A DNA stretch of 64,000 nucleotides from a virus, in the IMG/VR virus record IMGVR_UViG_3300027704_000014, positions 1 to 64,000 of that record; one strand, given 5' to 3'. Positions 28,435 through 37,444 of the stretch are shown piece after piece. Position numbers and translations under genes: made by a program. The notes beneath the pieces were generated by a model. The model was not told the DNA's origin, did no database searches, and was given only the letters and a program-made list of their open reading frames with translations. How positions within the stretch are numbered: position 1 is the first letter of the stretch; every line of letters begins with the position of its first letter.

Positions 28435-28615
28435 GTTAGTAAAGGCAATTGAGCCAGTTGTAGAACAACAGCTCGCTGAATTTACTACAGGTGAAGTAAC
28501 GTATGTACTAGAACACTTTAAACAGCACTTGTCATACGACCTAGCTAGAGACTTTGAAACAATTAGAGAAGCAGAGCTAAAAGAATCACCATTCGATGAC
28601 TTATTAAATGATTGA
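28394..28615 (+). CDS. Hypothetical protein
   Basis: AGGAG SD before ATG 28394. Confidence 0.5.
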   Translation: MSSLEQTAKTKLIKLVKAIEPVVEQQLAEFTTGEVTYVLEHFKQHLSYDLARDFETIREAELKESPFDDLLND

Positions 28616-28676
28616 CATTGGCCTACAACCTATGTTAAACTTAGACACTAAACAAACAACTACGGTAAACAATAAC

Positions 28677-29678
28677 ATGCAAAAACAAACATTCATAATA
28701 GTAGACAGCATGAATATGTTCTTTAGAGCAAAACACGTTGCTCGCGGTAATGACATGGACATGAAGATCGGTATGGCTATGCACATTATGTTTAACAGTG
28801 TTAAGAAAGCATGGCGTGACTTTAACGGTACTCACGTTATATTTTGCTTGGAAGGTCGTTCGTGGCGTAAAGACTTCTACACACCGTACAAAGCAAATCG
28901 TAAAGTGATTGCAGACAAACGTTCACCTAGAGAACAAGAGGACGACGAGTTGTTCTTTGAAGCATATAATGACATGTTAGCATTCTTAGATGAGAAGACT
29001 AACAGCAGTGTTGTTAGACAGGGCAATGCAGAAGCAGATGACATGATTGCTACTTGGATACAACAACACCCAGACGACAATCATATTATTGTTAGTAGTG
29101 ACACAGACTTTCATCAGTTGATTGCACCTAACGTATCGCAGTACGATGGGGTACAGGATAAAATTGTTGCTATTACAGGCATTACTAGTGGCAAGACAGG
29201 TGAGGCTCTTATTAACAAGAAGACCAAGTTACCACTTGAAGCACCAGATCCTGAATGGATACTGTTTGAAAAGTGTGTGCGTGGTGATACTAGTGACAAT
29301 GTCTTTAGTGCCTACCCAGGTGCTAGAACTAAAGGTAGCAAGAATAAGACAGGCATACGCGAAGCATTTGAAGACCGTAACACAGGCGGCTTTAACTTTA
29401 ATAACTTTATGCTACAACGTTGGGTTGATCACGAAGAGCAAGAGCACAGAGTTAGAGACGACTTTGAACGTAACAAGATACTCATTGACTTAACACTACA
29501 GCCTGATGAAATTAAAACAGAGTGCATTGCTAGAATCGAAGAAGCAAAGACCAAGGCACCAATTGGACAAGTTGGTATACATTTTATGAAGTTTTGTGCT
29601 AGGCACAATTTAATGAGAATGAGTGAGAACCCAGGCGATTACTCGGAGTTTTTAAATGGACGATATGAGCAAGGCTGA
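28677..29678 (+). CDS. rnh: RNase H / 5'-3' flap exonuclease (T4 Rnh-like)
   Basis: IVDSMN, SWRKDFYTPYKANR, EADDMIA, SSDTDFHQL and GDTSDNV motifs. Confidence 0.92.
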   Translation: MQKQTFIIVDSMNMFFRAKHVARGNDMDMKIGMAMHIMFNSVKKAWRDFNGTHVIFCLEGRSWRKDFYTPYKANRKVIADKRSPREQEDDELFFEAYNDMLAFLDEKTNSSVVRQGNAEADDMIATWIQQHPDDNHIIVSSDTDFHQLIAPNVSQYDGVQDKIVAITGITSGKTGEALINKKTKLPLEAPDPEWILFEKCVRGDTSDNVFSAYPGARTKGSKNKTGIREAFEDRNTGGFNFNNFMLQRWVDHEEQEHRVRDDFERNKILIDLTLQPDEIKTECIARIEEAKTKAPIGQVGIHFMKFCARHNLMRMSENPGDYSEFLNGRYEQG

Positions 29679-29871
29679 GAAAATATTAGCAGGCACATGG
29701 CCTATGAAAGATCCTAAGTGGATTTACGAGTCGCCCGATAAAGGAGAAACACTATACCGCAGATTATTTGGCGGTAAGTACAAACAACTGTTTAACAAGG
29801 ACGACGACATGTCCAAGTTAGATGAAGAATATTTTGCAATACATTTTAATGGAGAAACAAATGGCAGATAG
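29665..29871 (+). CDS. Hypothetical protein
   Basis: WIYESPDKGETLYRR motif. Confidence 0.55.
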   Translation: MSKAEKILAGTWPMKDPKWIYESPDKGETLYRRLFGGKYKQLFNKDDDMSKLDEEYFAIHFNGETNGR

Positions 29872-30541
29872 TAATTTACCGCACCTAGTGTTAGATTGGA
29901 GTTTTAATATACCAACACAAGAGCTAACCGTTAGCATTAATGACGAGTTATCATACAGTGCGATCAATGGTGGAAGAGATGGATTCACAAAAACGTTTAA
30001 AGGTGAGGATACTACAGTAACTTTAGAAGAATGGGATAATATTGAAAAATATTGGATCAGTGAGAACTACAGTGACTTGGTAGGTACATTCCAACCAGAC
30101 GGTGATAGAATTATTCCACACCCAACGCTAGACAGAGATGACCATGCACCGATGGGAGTAGGACCAGATGGATTCTATTTAGATCACATGCAAAGACGTC
30201 AGTGTGTGCTTGACGGACATGACCAGGCAGTAATTGGATATGGCAAAGAAGGCACATTATATACAACAACAGACCAAGGCGCAACTATTTTTAAACGTGT
30301 TGCACATAGAAATGTATTATACGGTGAGTTGGAAGACCCAGCGTTTGATGACTTTAAATGGGTAGACCATTCACAGCCTTGTTTACAACAACCGTGGGCT
30401 GAAGGTGTAAAACTAAGCTCACACAAAGAAATGCTAAAGGACGGAGTTAGTCCAGTAGATGTTGAAAAATGTGTAGAAGGAAAATGGCCTAAAGCACTTA
30501 GACCAGAATTACAAGAATTATACATTTACCCAACAGACTAG
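29861..30541 (+). CDS. Hypothetical protein
   Basis: GGAG SD before ATG 29861. Confidence 0.55.
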   Translation: MADSNLPHLVLDWSFNIPTQELTVSINDELSYSAINGGRDGFTKTFKGEDTTVTLEEWDNIEKYWISENYSDLVGTFQPDGDRIIPHPTLDRDDHAPMGVGPDGFYLDHMQRRQCVLDGHDQAVIGYGKEGTLYTTTDQGATIFKRVAHRNVLYGELEDPAFDDFKWVDHSQPCLQQPWAEGVKLSSHKEMLKDGVSPVDVEKCVEGKWPKALRPELQELYIYPTD

Positions 30542-30560
30542 AACAAAAAGAGGAACACAC

Positions 30561-31073
30561 ATGATTGATATGAAAACAAAATTACAACAAATTAGTAGCG
30601 AAGCATGGATAGTGCAAAAGGGAGACAAGCGTATTGGTATTCTAAATAAGAATATACAAGATCGGTTTACTTTTATCTCGGGCAAGTCTATTGAAGTATA
30701 TGACACTGAAGAAGAAGTAAGTGAACACTTTGGTAACATTACACTGTTTGAAGATCAAATCGAAAAGCCAACAATGACCCGAGATGAGTTTTACATCAAA
30801 GGACATGCTATAGATTATGCAAACCCTATCCCAATTGAACCAGGTAATGAAAACTATAGAGATGATGTACCGTTGTATTTAAAATCCGAAGGCAGTGAAG
30901 TGTTTTATGCAGCCGGTTGGTATTGCATTAACTTTGATAAGGGCTGGAAACAAGGCCACGGACCTAAGTTAACTACACTACTTGAATATGGTTTTAGAGG
31001 GCCTTATAAGACTAAGATCGAATGTAAGCAACATATGAAACAATTGAATAAACTTCGCAAGCAAGAGCTGTGA
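30561..31073 (+). CDS. Hypothetical protein
   Basis: 170 aa, FYAAGWYCI...PKLTTL...GPYKT. Confidence 0.6.
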   Translation: MIDMKTKLQQISSEAWIVQKGDKRIGILNKNIQDRFTFISGKSIEVYDTEEEVSEHFGNITLFEDQIEKPTMTRDEFYIKGHAIDYANPIPIEPGNENYRDDVPLYLKSEGSEVFYAAGWYCINFDKGWKQGHGPKLTTLLEYGFRGPYKTKIECKQHMKQLNKLRKQEL

Positions 31074-31264
31074 ATGAGTTTCAAAAGTTAGTAGCTCACG
31101 TTAGGAACTTAAAAAAAGAAAACATATCACAAGCAACATTTGATGTGAATTACTTAAACACTGTATTAGATACAGTTGCTCCGTCTGCTGATGCAGTAAA
31201 GGCGCAACGTAAACTAAACAACACAGCAATTGTCGGCGATGGCGGCAAGTTTACAGAAGAATGA
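31070..31264 (+). CDS. Hypothetical protein
   Basis: GTGA overlap; DGGKF near the end. Confidence 0.5.
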   Translation: MNEFQKLVAHVRNLKKENISQATFDVNYLNTVLDTVAPSADAVKAQRKLNNTAIVGDGGKFTEE

Positions 31265-31503
31265 TAGAAGGCGAGTATAACGTTCATTACGATTATACTT
31301 GGAAGACTTCGGTAGCATCGTTACCAATGACCATAGTTACTTGGTTGGAGAGTGTAGTAGAAGATGAATGGGGTTGGTATTTTATACCACATGAGAATAT
31401 GGACTACGATAGAGCGGATTGGCATAAGGATCAAACAATGTGTTTAACGTTTAAAAGTAAGCAAGATCTAATTATGTGTAAACTGTCAGTAGTATTAAAC
31501 TAA
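31261..31503 (+). CDS. Hypothetical protein
   Basis: 80 aa, operonic. Confidence 0.5.
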   Translation: MIEGEYNVHYDYTWKTSVASLPMTIVTWLESVVEDEWGWYFIPHENMDYDRADWHKDQTMCLTFKSKQDLIMCKLSVVLN

Positions 31504-31519
31504 TAATAAGAGAGGAAAA

Positions 31520-31759
31520 ATGAAAGTAGTAATTTATAGCAAACCACAATGTCCATACTGCGACATGGCAAAACGACTAGCAGAACAGAAAGGATACGAC
31601 CTAGAAGTATACATGCTAGGTGAGGATTTTGAACGTGAGCAACTAATGGAAACATTCCCAGGTGCTAGAACATTTCCTCAAATTATAGTAGACGGTGAGA
31701 AGATCGGCGGATATGATAACTTTAAAGCACTAGTAATGCGTGAGGGATTAGGCAAATGA
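31520..31759 (+). CDS. Dithiol glutaredoxin
   Basis: CPYC and TFPQI..DGEKIGG motifs. Confidence 0.93.
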   Translation: MKVVIYSKPQCPYCDMAKRLAEQKGYDLEVYMLGEDFEREQLMETFPGARTFPQIIVDGEKIGGYDNFKALVMREGLGK

Positions 31760-32061
31760 GCGAAATAGAAAAGAACATTAAAGAAATGATTGCATCTAAT
31801 GATGTGGTATTGTTTATGAAAGGTAACCCAAACCAACCACAGTGTGGGTTTAGTGCTAAAGTAGTGCAATGTTTAAAAGAAGTAGGTAAGCCATTTGGAT
31901 ACGTTGATGTATTATCAGACCCTGAAGTTAGAGCAACATTGCCTAGTATTAGTGATTGGCCTACATTCCCACAACTGTTTGTTAAAGGTGAACTTGCAGG
32001 CGGATGTGATATTATTACCGAAATGCATGCCAATGGTGAGTTAAAAGAACTACTGAATTAA
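31756..32061 (+). CDS. grxD: Monothiol glutaredoxin (Grx4)
   Basis: LFMKG.P..PQCGFS, WPTFPQLF and GGCDI motifs. Confidence 0.93.
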   Translation: MSEIEKNIKEMIASNDVVLFMKGNPNQPQCGFSAKVVQCLKEVGKPFGYVDVLSDPEVRATLPSISDWPTFPQLFVKGELAGGCDIITEMHANGELKELLN

Positions 32062-32116
32062 AGCATATTATAATGGATGAAAATTGATAAATATGTGTAT
32101 ACAGGAGACACATACA

Positions 32117-32422
32117 ATGAGTAGACCAAAACCAAAGATTTTACTAGAATCCGTTAACAAGCACACATACAAGTCCGAACAAGTACTAAGTGCTGATGCA
32201 ATATACAGCGTATTCTACGAACAAAAGCCTATTAACTTACGAATTTTAAATACACTTGTGAGTTACCCAGGCCCAAAATATAAAAAGGTTTCATTTAGTA
32301 ACCCAGGACATGCTTTTAACTTAGCAGAGAGATTGAATAAGATATTTCAATCAGACGATTTCAAGGTTGTTAAATTAGACATAGGCACAGAGGTTACTGA
32401 GGATGAAATTAAACAGCAGTAA
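32117..32422 (+). CDS. Hypothetical protein
   Basis: MSRPKP...YPGPKYKKVSFSNPGHA; AGGAG SD; TAAATA at 32088. Confidence 0.6.
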   Translation: MSRPKPKILLESVNKHTYKSEQVLSADAIYSVFYEQKPINLRILNTLVSYPGPKYKKVSFSNPGHAFNLAERLNKIFQSDDFKVVKLDIGTEVTEDEIKQQ

Positions 32423-32786
32423 ACCTGTTCAATATCAGATAGCGGAATTTATCTCTAAGAATTTAACTCGTACTATCGAAAATTTTACTGATCAGTCTCC
32501 CGAAGCACAATGTTATGCATTGTTTAAAAACTTTAGATTAGTAGATAACGAACCAACAGGATTACGCCTAACATCAATAGGACATAAACTAATGAGTAGG
32601 CACTTTACTGCAACAGAATTTTATCTAGAGCAACCTATTACAGGAATAGTTCTGGTAAATTTAGACCAAGCAATGAAAAGACCCTACTACTTGAGCAAGA
32701 AAAAAGTTGCGTTCTATGATGAAAATGACGCGGCTTGGTTCAGACTAGGTGGCGAGGATTTAAAATACTTCTCAGGAAATTTATGA
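32403..32786 (+). CDS. Hypothetical protein
   Basis: 127 aa, GLRLTSIG...PYYL. Confidence 0.55.
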   Translation: MKLNSSKPVQYQIAEFISKNLTRTIENFTDQSPEAQCYALFKNFRLVDNEPTGLRLTSIGHKLMSRHFTATEFYLEQPITGIVLVNLDQAMKRPYYLSKKKVAFYDENDAAWFRLGGEDLKYFSGNL

Positions 32787-33196
32787 AACTGCCCCATTTA
32801 GACCCTATACTGTTTATAGACAGTCATTCAATAGTAGACGATACCGACATTACTGCAAAGTACACTGTACCATACGACCACCCTGTGTTGAAAGGACACT
32901 TTCCACATTTCCCCATATGGCCTGGGATACATCTAATAGAAGGATGTAACCAAACAGCCGGCCTACACGCTATGCACAGCGTCTCTACTGACATTGACGA
33001 AAACTTTGTTGCAATGGTCGCATCTATAGACAAGGTGAAGTTTAGAAGGCCCGTTTTACCTGGAGCAAAGTTACAGTATACTGCTACATTGGATAAGAAA
33101 AAAGGCTCGTATATGTACTATGATTGTGTAGTGTATGACAAAGGTACTAGAGTTGCTCAAGCATATATAGGACTTACAGCAACAAAACGACTATAA
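32783..33196 (+). CDS. fabZ: FabZ/FabA-like hot-dog dehydratase
   Basis: LPHLDPILFID, GHFP..PIWPG..LIEG..Q and KVKFRRPVLPG motifs. Confidence 0.8.
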   Translation: MKLPHLDPILFIDSHSIVDDTDITAKYTVPYDHPVLKGHFPHFPIWPGIHLIEGCNQTAGLHAMHSVSTDIDENFVAMVASIDKVKFRRPVLPGAKLQYTATLDKKKGSYMYYDCVVYDKGTRVAQAYIGLTATKRL

Positions 33197-33224
33197 GTAA
33201 CTGTTTTACATACAATTTTAACCA

Positions 33225-33252
33225 TTGACAATACAGTAAAACAGTGTATAAT
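33225..33252 (+). promoter_or_regulatory. sigma70 promoter
   Basis: TTGACA-16 nt-TATAAT. Confidence 0.75.
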
Positions 33253-33286
33253 ATATTAGTAACTTAAACAAAAAGGGAAGAAAGAT

Positions 33287-33796
33287 ATGAAAAAATTAGC
33301 ATTAGCAGTAGGTATTTTAGCAATAAGCACGTCAGCACTAGCAGAAACAGCAAGAGTTATAGACGTTGAGCCTATATTTGGCAACGTAGTAAAGACTGAG
33401 ACTGTGCCTGTTATAAAATCTGTGTGTACAGACGCAGGTCGCAGGAATAGCAAAGGATTAATTGAACGAGGCGTTAACGGTGGCTTCGGTAGTCAGGAAG
33501 GCTTACTTGGTACTGTTATTGGATACGGCATTGGTAACGAAATCGGTGGCGGATCAGGCAATGAAATAGCTAAAGTACTTGGCGCAGTTGTTGGTAATAA
33601 GATTGGTAACAGCAGAGCGGCTACAAAGAATAGCCAGTGTGAAATGGTCGAAACTGTAGAAACTCACAGATATTATGCTAGAGACATAGTATCATACAAC
33701 GTAGACGTGGAACTCGGTGACGAAATTTACACTGTTAGGCGTAAGCAAGAGCCAATGTTAGGTGATTACATTAGAGTATCAGTTAACGTTAAGTAA
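33287..33796 (+). CDS. Exported glycine-zipper 2TM protein
   Basis: Signal peptide followed by GTVIGYGIGNEIGGGSG..AKVLGAVVGNKIG. Confidence 0.8.
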   Translation: MKKLALAVGILAISTSALAETARVIDVEPIFGNVVKTETVPVIKSVCTDAGRRNSKGLIERGVNGGFGSQEGLLGTVIGYGIGNEIGGGSGNEIAKVLGAVVGNKIGNSRAATKNSQCEMVETVETHRYYARDIVSYNVDVELGDEIYTVRRKQEPMLGDYIRVSVNVK

Positions 33797-33813
33797 CAGC
33801 AATTTACGTTAGG

Positions 33814-33836
33814 AAAGGGCATTATGCCCTTTTCTT
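33814..33836 (+). terminator. Intrinsic terminator
   Basis: AAAGGGCA-TTA-TGCCCTTTTCTT. Confidence 0.75.
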
Positions 33837-33873
33837 GTGACTAAGTCATTGAAAACTAAAGTAATTATTCTAC

Positions 33874-33902
33874 TTGACATACCCCATCTAAAATAGTATA
33901 AT
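33874..33902 (+). promoter_or_regulatory. sigma70 promoter
   Basis: TTGACA-17 nt-TATAAT. Confidence 0.8.
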
Positions 33903-33934
33903 ATATACATAACAAAGACAGAAGGGGTAACGAT

Positions 33935-34129
33935 ATGTCAGATTTTCAATTCACTTATAAGCCAGGGGTTTCGCATCGTCAAAACTTTGTAGAATGGAGA
34001 ACACTTAATGCAGAAGAGCGTTCAGCATACAATGAAGTACAAATGACGCAGGAAGAAGCTGAAGCATCTTTCTTTAAAATGTACGGTGTAGGCGATATCA
34101 AAACGGTTGACATACACGACGTCCTATAG
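33935..34129 (+). CDS. Hypothetical protein
   Basis: 64 aa with its own promoter and SD. Confidence 0.55.
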   Translation: MSDFQFTYKPGVSHRQNFVEWRTLNAEERSAYNEVQMTQEEAEASFFKMYGVGDIKTVDIHDVL

Positions 34130-34135
34130 TATAAT
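34107..34135 (+). promoter_or_regulatory. sigma70 promoter
   Basis: TTGACA-17 nt-TATAAT. Confidence 0.8.
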
Positions 34136-34172
34136 ACTTACATAGGTTAAACATAAAAGGTAGGAGTTTTAT

Positions 34173-35279
34173 ATGAATGAAGTAACAGCAAGAGCATCAG
34201 TGGTAACACCGATTGTTGAAAGAGCAATGGCAGCTAACAGGCCCATCTTCCTTTGGGGAGCACCAGGTATTGGTAAGTCTGAATTAGTTGCAAAAATAAC
34301 GGAAAATCTTCCAGGTAACAATCTTATGATTGATATTCGTTTGGCACTAATGGAGCCAACGGATCTACGAGGATATCCTTTCCGTAACCCAGATACAAAT
34401 CAAATGGAATGGTCTCCACCAGTTGACCTTCCTAGCATGGAGCTCGCAGAACAATACGACACAATTGTAATGTTCTTAGACGAGTTGAACTCAGCACCTC
34501 CAAGTGTGCAAGCAGCTTCGTACCAGTTGATCCTTAACGGTAAGATTGGTCAATACCAAATGCCAAGCAATGTAAGAATTGTAGCGGCTGGTAACAGAGA
34601 GACTGATAGAGGTGTTACCTTTAGAATGCCGGCTCCGTTAGCAAACAGGTTCCGTCATATTAATATGGAAGTGAACTTTGAAGATTGGCAGCAATGGGCA
34701 GTGAACAATAACATCCACAGTGAAGTTGTTGGTTACTTATCATATGCCAAGCAAGACTTATTTGACTTTGATCCAAAGACTAGCTCACAAGCGTTTGCTA
34801 CTCCACGTTCATGGTCTTATGTAAGTGAAATCCTTAACGTACCGGGCTTTGCAGATGCAGATCGTAAAGAGCAACTTGTAGAACTTGCAGGTGCTATTGG
34901 TGAGGGGATGGCTATTAAGTTTAACGAGCATCGTAAGATTGCTTCGGACTTGCCTAACCCAACTGATATCCTTAACGGTAAGGTAAAGGAGTTGAACTCC
35001 AAAGTAGCAAAAGAAATATCAGCCAAGTATAGTTTGGTGGTAGGACTTGCATACGAAATTAACGAAGCATATAAAGAAGCAGGTAGTGTCGACAAAGACA
35101 TGGGCGTAATGCTTAACCATATGATTCGTTTTGCCTTCAATAACTTTGAGCCTGAGATGGTTATCTTTTCATTGAAGACACTAATGAAAGATTACAAGAT
35201 CGTGTTTAACTTCCGTAAGGTGTTAGACAAAGATGTGCAATCTACCTTTAACGACAAGTACTTAAAGTACATCGTTTAG
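34173..35279 (+). CDS. MoxR-like AAA+ ATPase
   Basis: GAPGIGKS Walker A, MFLDELN Walker B, AAGNR, ANRF and TPRSW motifs. Confidence 0.9.
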   Translation: MNEVTARASVVTPIVERAMAANRPIFLWGAPGIGKSELVAKITENLPGNNLMIDIRLALMEPTDLRGYPFRNPDTNQMEWSPPVDLPSMELAEQYDTIVMFLDELNSAPPSVQAASYQLILNGKIGQYQMPSNVRIVAAGNRETDRGVTFRMPAPLANRFRHINMEVNFEDWQQWAVNNNIHSEVVGYLSYAKQDLFDFDPKTSSQAFATPRSWSYVSEILNVPGFADADRKEQLVELAGAIGEGMAIKFNEHRKIASDLPNPTDILNGKVKELNSKVAKEISAKYSLVVGLAYEINEAYKEAGSVDKDMGVMLNHMIRFAFNNFEPEMVIFSLKTLMKDYKIVFNFRKVLDKDVQSTFNDKYLKYIV

Positions 35280-35287
35280 GACAGTTT

Positions 35288-35338
35288 AAAATCCTTATAC
35301 GCCTACCTATGTTACTCCCTACCTAGTATAAGGATTTT
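35288..35338. ncRNA. Candidate regulatory stem-loop RNA (13-bp perfect stem, 25-nt loop)
   Basis: AAAATCCTTATAC / GTATAAGGATTTT stem; loop GCCTACCTATGTTACTCCCTACCTA. Confidence 0.5.
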
Positions 35339-35366
35339 GGCCCTCGGAAACGGGGGCTTTTTATTT
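35339..35366 (+). terminator. Intrinsic terminator
   Basis: GGCCCTCG-GAAA-CGGGGGCT followed by a T-tract. Confidence 0.85.
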
Positions 35367-35409
35367 GTAAGTTGTTGTTTTAGTAGGGTAAAAAGTACAT
35401 ATATAACAC

Positions 35410-35437
35410 TTGACTTAGCACATAATCACTGTATAAT
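35410..35437 (+). promoter_or_regulatory. sigma70 promoter
   Basis: TTGACT-16 nt-TATAAT. Confidence 0.7.
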
Positions 35438-35468
35438 ATACAGTATAAGAACAAACAAGGTAGGACTT

Positions 35469-36782
35469 ATGACATATTCTTTCGCAAAACAGGACACAAC
35501 GGACGCACCTAAGCCGGCTATTAATGTCCCTGACACTGACAAAACATCTGCAGAAATCGAAGACATTCTAATTAAAGCTAGAGTTGATATGCTAATGAAC
35601 GCACCGTTCTTTGGCAACTTAGCAACTAGGCTAGTGTTAATTGATGCTACTGATTGGTGCCCAACTGCCGCTACAGACGGCAAACATTTTTATTACAACA
35701 GACACTTTACTGCCGCACTAACTGAAGACGAGTGCATTTGGTTAATGGGGCATGAGATACTGCATTGTGTTTACGATCATATGGATCCAAACAGACGAGG
35801 TGATCGTATACACCAACTATGGAATGTAGCAAACGACTATGTTATTAACTTAGAACTTGAAATTGCTAAACTAGGTCGTAGAATTCGTAAAGAGATCATT
35901 GAAGTATGCTTTGATCACAAGTACAACGACATGATGAGTGAAGATGTATATGACAAACTTTACCAAGAAGCAGACGAGCAAGGTCGCATTAAGCAAGTAA
36001 GTTTTGATATGCACATGGAACACGAAGAAGGCGATGACGATGGCTCTGGTGGTGTTGGACAAGAAGCTAATGTACAAGATGGTACTAAAGGCCCAGTCCC
36101 AATGACTGCTGATGAGAAGGAAAAGATTAAGCAAGAATTTAAGAGTGCTACAATGCAAGCCGCTAAGGCTGCAGGTGATGCTGGTAATTTACCTAACGGT
36201 GTTAAACGCATGTTGGACCAGTTGGTTAACCCGCAACTCGATTGGAGAACATTACTTGCTATGCAAATCCAAAGTGTTATCAAAAGTGACTACACTTTTA
36301 GCAGATCAAGTCGTAAAGGAATGGACAGTGGCTTCTTCCTTCCTGCTATGGACTATGAGCAATCAATAGATGTTGCTATTGGATTAGATATGTCAGGTAG
36401 TATTGATGACATTATGTCACGCGACTTTCTAAGTGAAGTTAAAGGCATCTTCGATCAGTACACAGGCTTTAAGATACATTTGTTTTGCTTCGACACAGAA
36501 GTACATAACCCACAACAATTCGATGATATGAACATGGGTGAGTTTATGGACTACGAACTTGTAGGCGGCGGCGGTACAGAGTTTGATTGCTGTTACGACT
36601 ACATGAAAGAAGCAGGTATCGAGCCTAAGAAGTTTATTATGTTCACAGACGGATACCCATGGGGTAGCTGGGGTGATGAACATTATTGTGATAGTTTATT
36701 TATAGTACACGGCACCGGGTACGGCGGCCAACCACCAACCTCACCGTTTGGAATAACGGTACCATACTCAAGGGAAGACTAA
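35469..36782 (+). CDS. DUF2201-type metallopeptidase + VWA-like protein (MoxR partner)
   Basis: TAATDG, HEILH, DMSGS MIDAS, GGGGTEF and FTDG motifs; ATG 35469 with AGGTAGGA leader. Confidence 0.88.
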   Translation: MTYSFAKQDTTDAPKPAINVPDTDKTSAEIEDILIKARVDMLMNAPFFGNLATRLVLIDATDWCPTAATDGKHFYYNRHFTAALTEDECIWLMGHEILHCVYDHMDPNRRGDRIHQLWNVANDYVINLELEIAKLGRRIRKEIIEVCFDHKYNDMMSEDVYDKLYQEADEQGRIKQVSFDMHMEHEEGDDDGSGGVGQEANVQDGTKGPVPMTADEKEKIKQEFKSATMQAAKAAGDAGNLPNGVKRMLDQLVNPQLDWRTLLAMQIQSVIKSDYTFSRSSRKGMDSGFFLPAMDYEQSIDVAIGLDMSGSIDDIMSRDFLSEVKGIFDQYTGFKIHLFCFDTEVHNPQQFDDMNMGEFMDYELVGGGGTEFDCCYDYMKEAGIEPKKFIMFTDGYPWGSWGDEHYCDSLFIVHGTGYGGQPPTSPFGITVPYSRED

Positions 36783-37102
36783 TGACATTCAGTAGTGCTA
36801 GAAGTATACAACCTATATATAGAAACGAACTTTCCGAATGGGAGTTTGATAAGTTATGCCAATGCCGCGGTAGCTTAGCCGAAACAATGTTATTACAACG
36901 AGCAAGAGTTGCAAACACTAAACCCAGTTATGTCGAAGACGGTGTAGTTGAGGCAGGTTTGTTAGAGTATATAGGCATTAATGCTAGAGGACTGTATTAT
37001 ATCCAACGAGGCTACTGTAATTTTACAGCATATTTTGAAATATTAAATGATCAAATTGACTTTCTTAATATGGTAGAAAAACACGCCACAAATTACCAGT
37101 AA
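36782..37102 (+). CDS. Hypothetical protein
   Basis: TAATG overlap. Confidence 0.5.
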   Translation: MTFSSARSIQPIYRNELSEWEFDKLCQCRGSLAETMLLQRARVANTKPSYVEDGVVEAGLLEYIGINARGLYYIQRGYCNFTAYFEILNDQIDFLNMVEKHATNYQ

Positions 37103-37153
37103 CAGTTAAAACATCTGTTAAATACTAAACATAAACTATTAGGAGTTATTTAA

Positions 37154-37441
37154 ATGACAAAAGAAACATCAAACATTGAAGCAGAAATGCCAGATGTCCC
37201 AGAAGCTGAAGCAGGTGCTGAAGCAGGAATTCCAGAAAGTATTAATCTTTCTGACTTAGGAACACTATTACAGATTGTTGATCTATCAACACAACGTGGT
37301 GCTTTCCGAGGTGCTGAACTTACCCAAGTAGGTGCAGTATTTGACAAACTAAACACGTTCTTATCATACGTTCAACAGCAACAAGCTGAACGCGAAGAAG
37401 AGCAAACAGACGCTCCAGAAGAAGCAGCGTCAGAGGAATAA
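37154..37441 (+). CDS. Acidic hypothetical protein
   Basis: IVDLSTQRGAFRGAEL..VG..FDKL; TAAATA at 37119; AGGAG SD. Confidence 0.6.
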   Translation: MTKETSNIEAEMPDVPEAEAGAEAGIPESINLSDLGTLLQIVDLSTQRGAFRGAELTQVGAVFDKLNTFLSYVQQQQAEREEEQTDAPEEAASEE

Positions 37442-37444
37442 ATT

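Noticed and set aside
35337-35468. N-terminal extension of the VWA/peptidase ORF from TTG 35337
   Set aside because: It runs through a terminator and a promoter; ATG 35469 has a proper SD.
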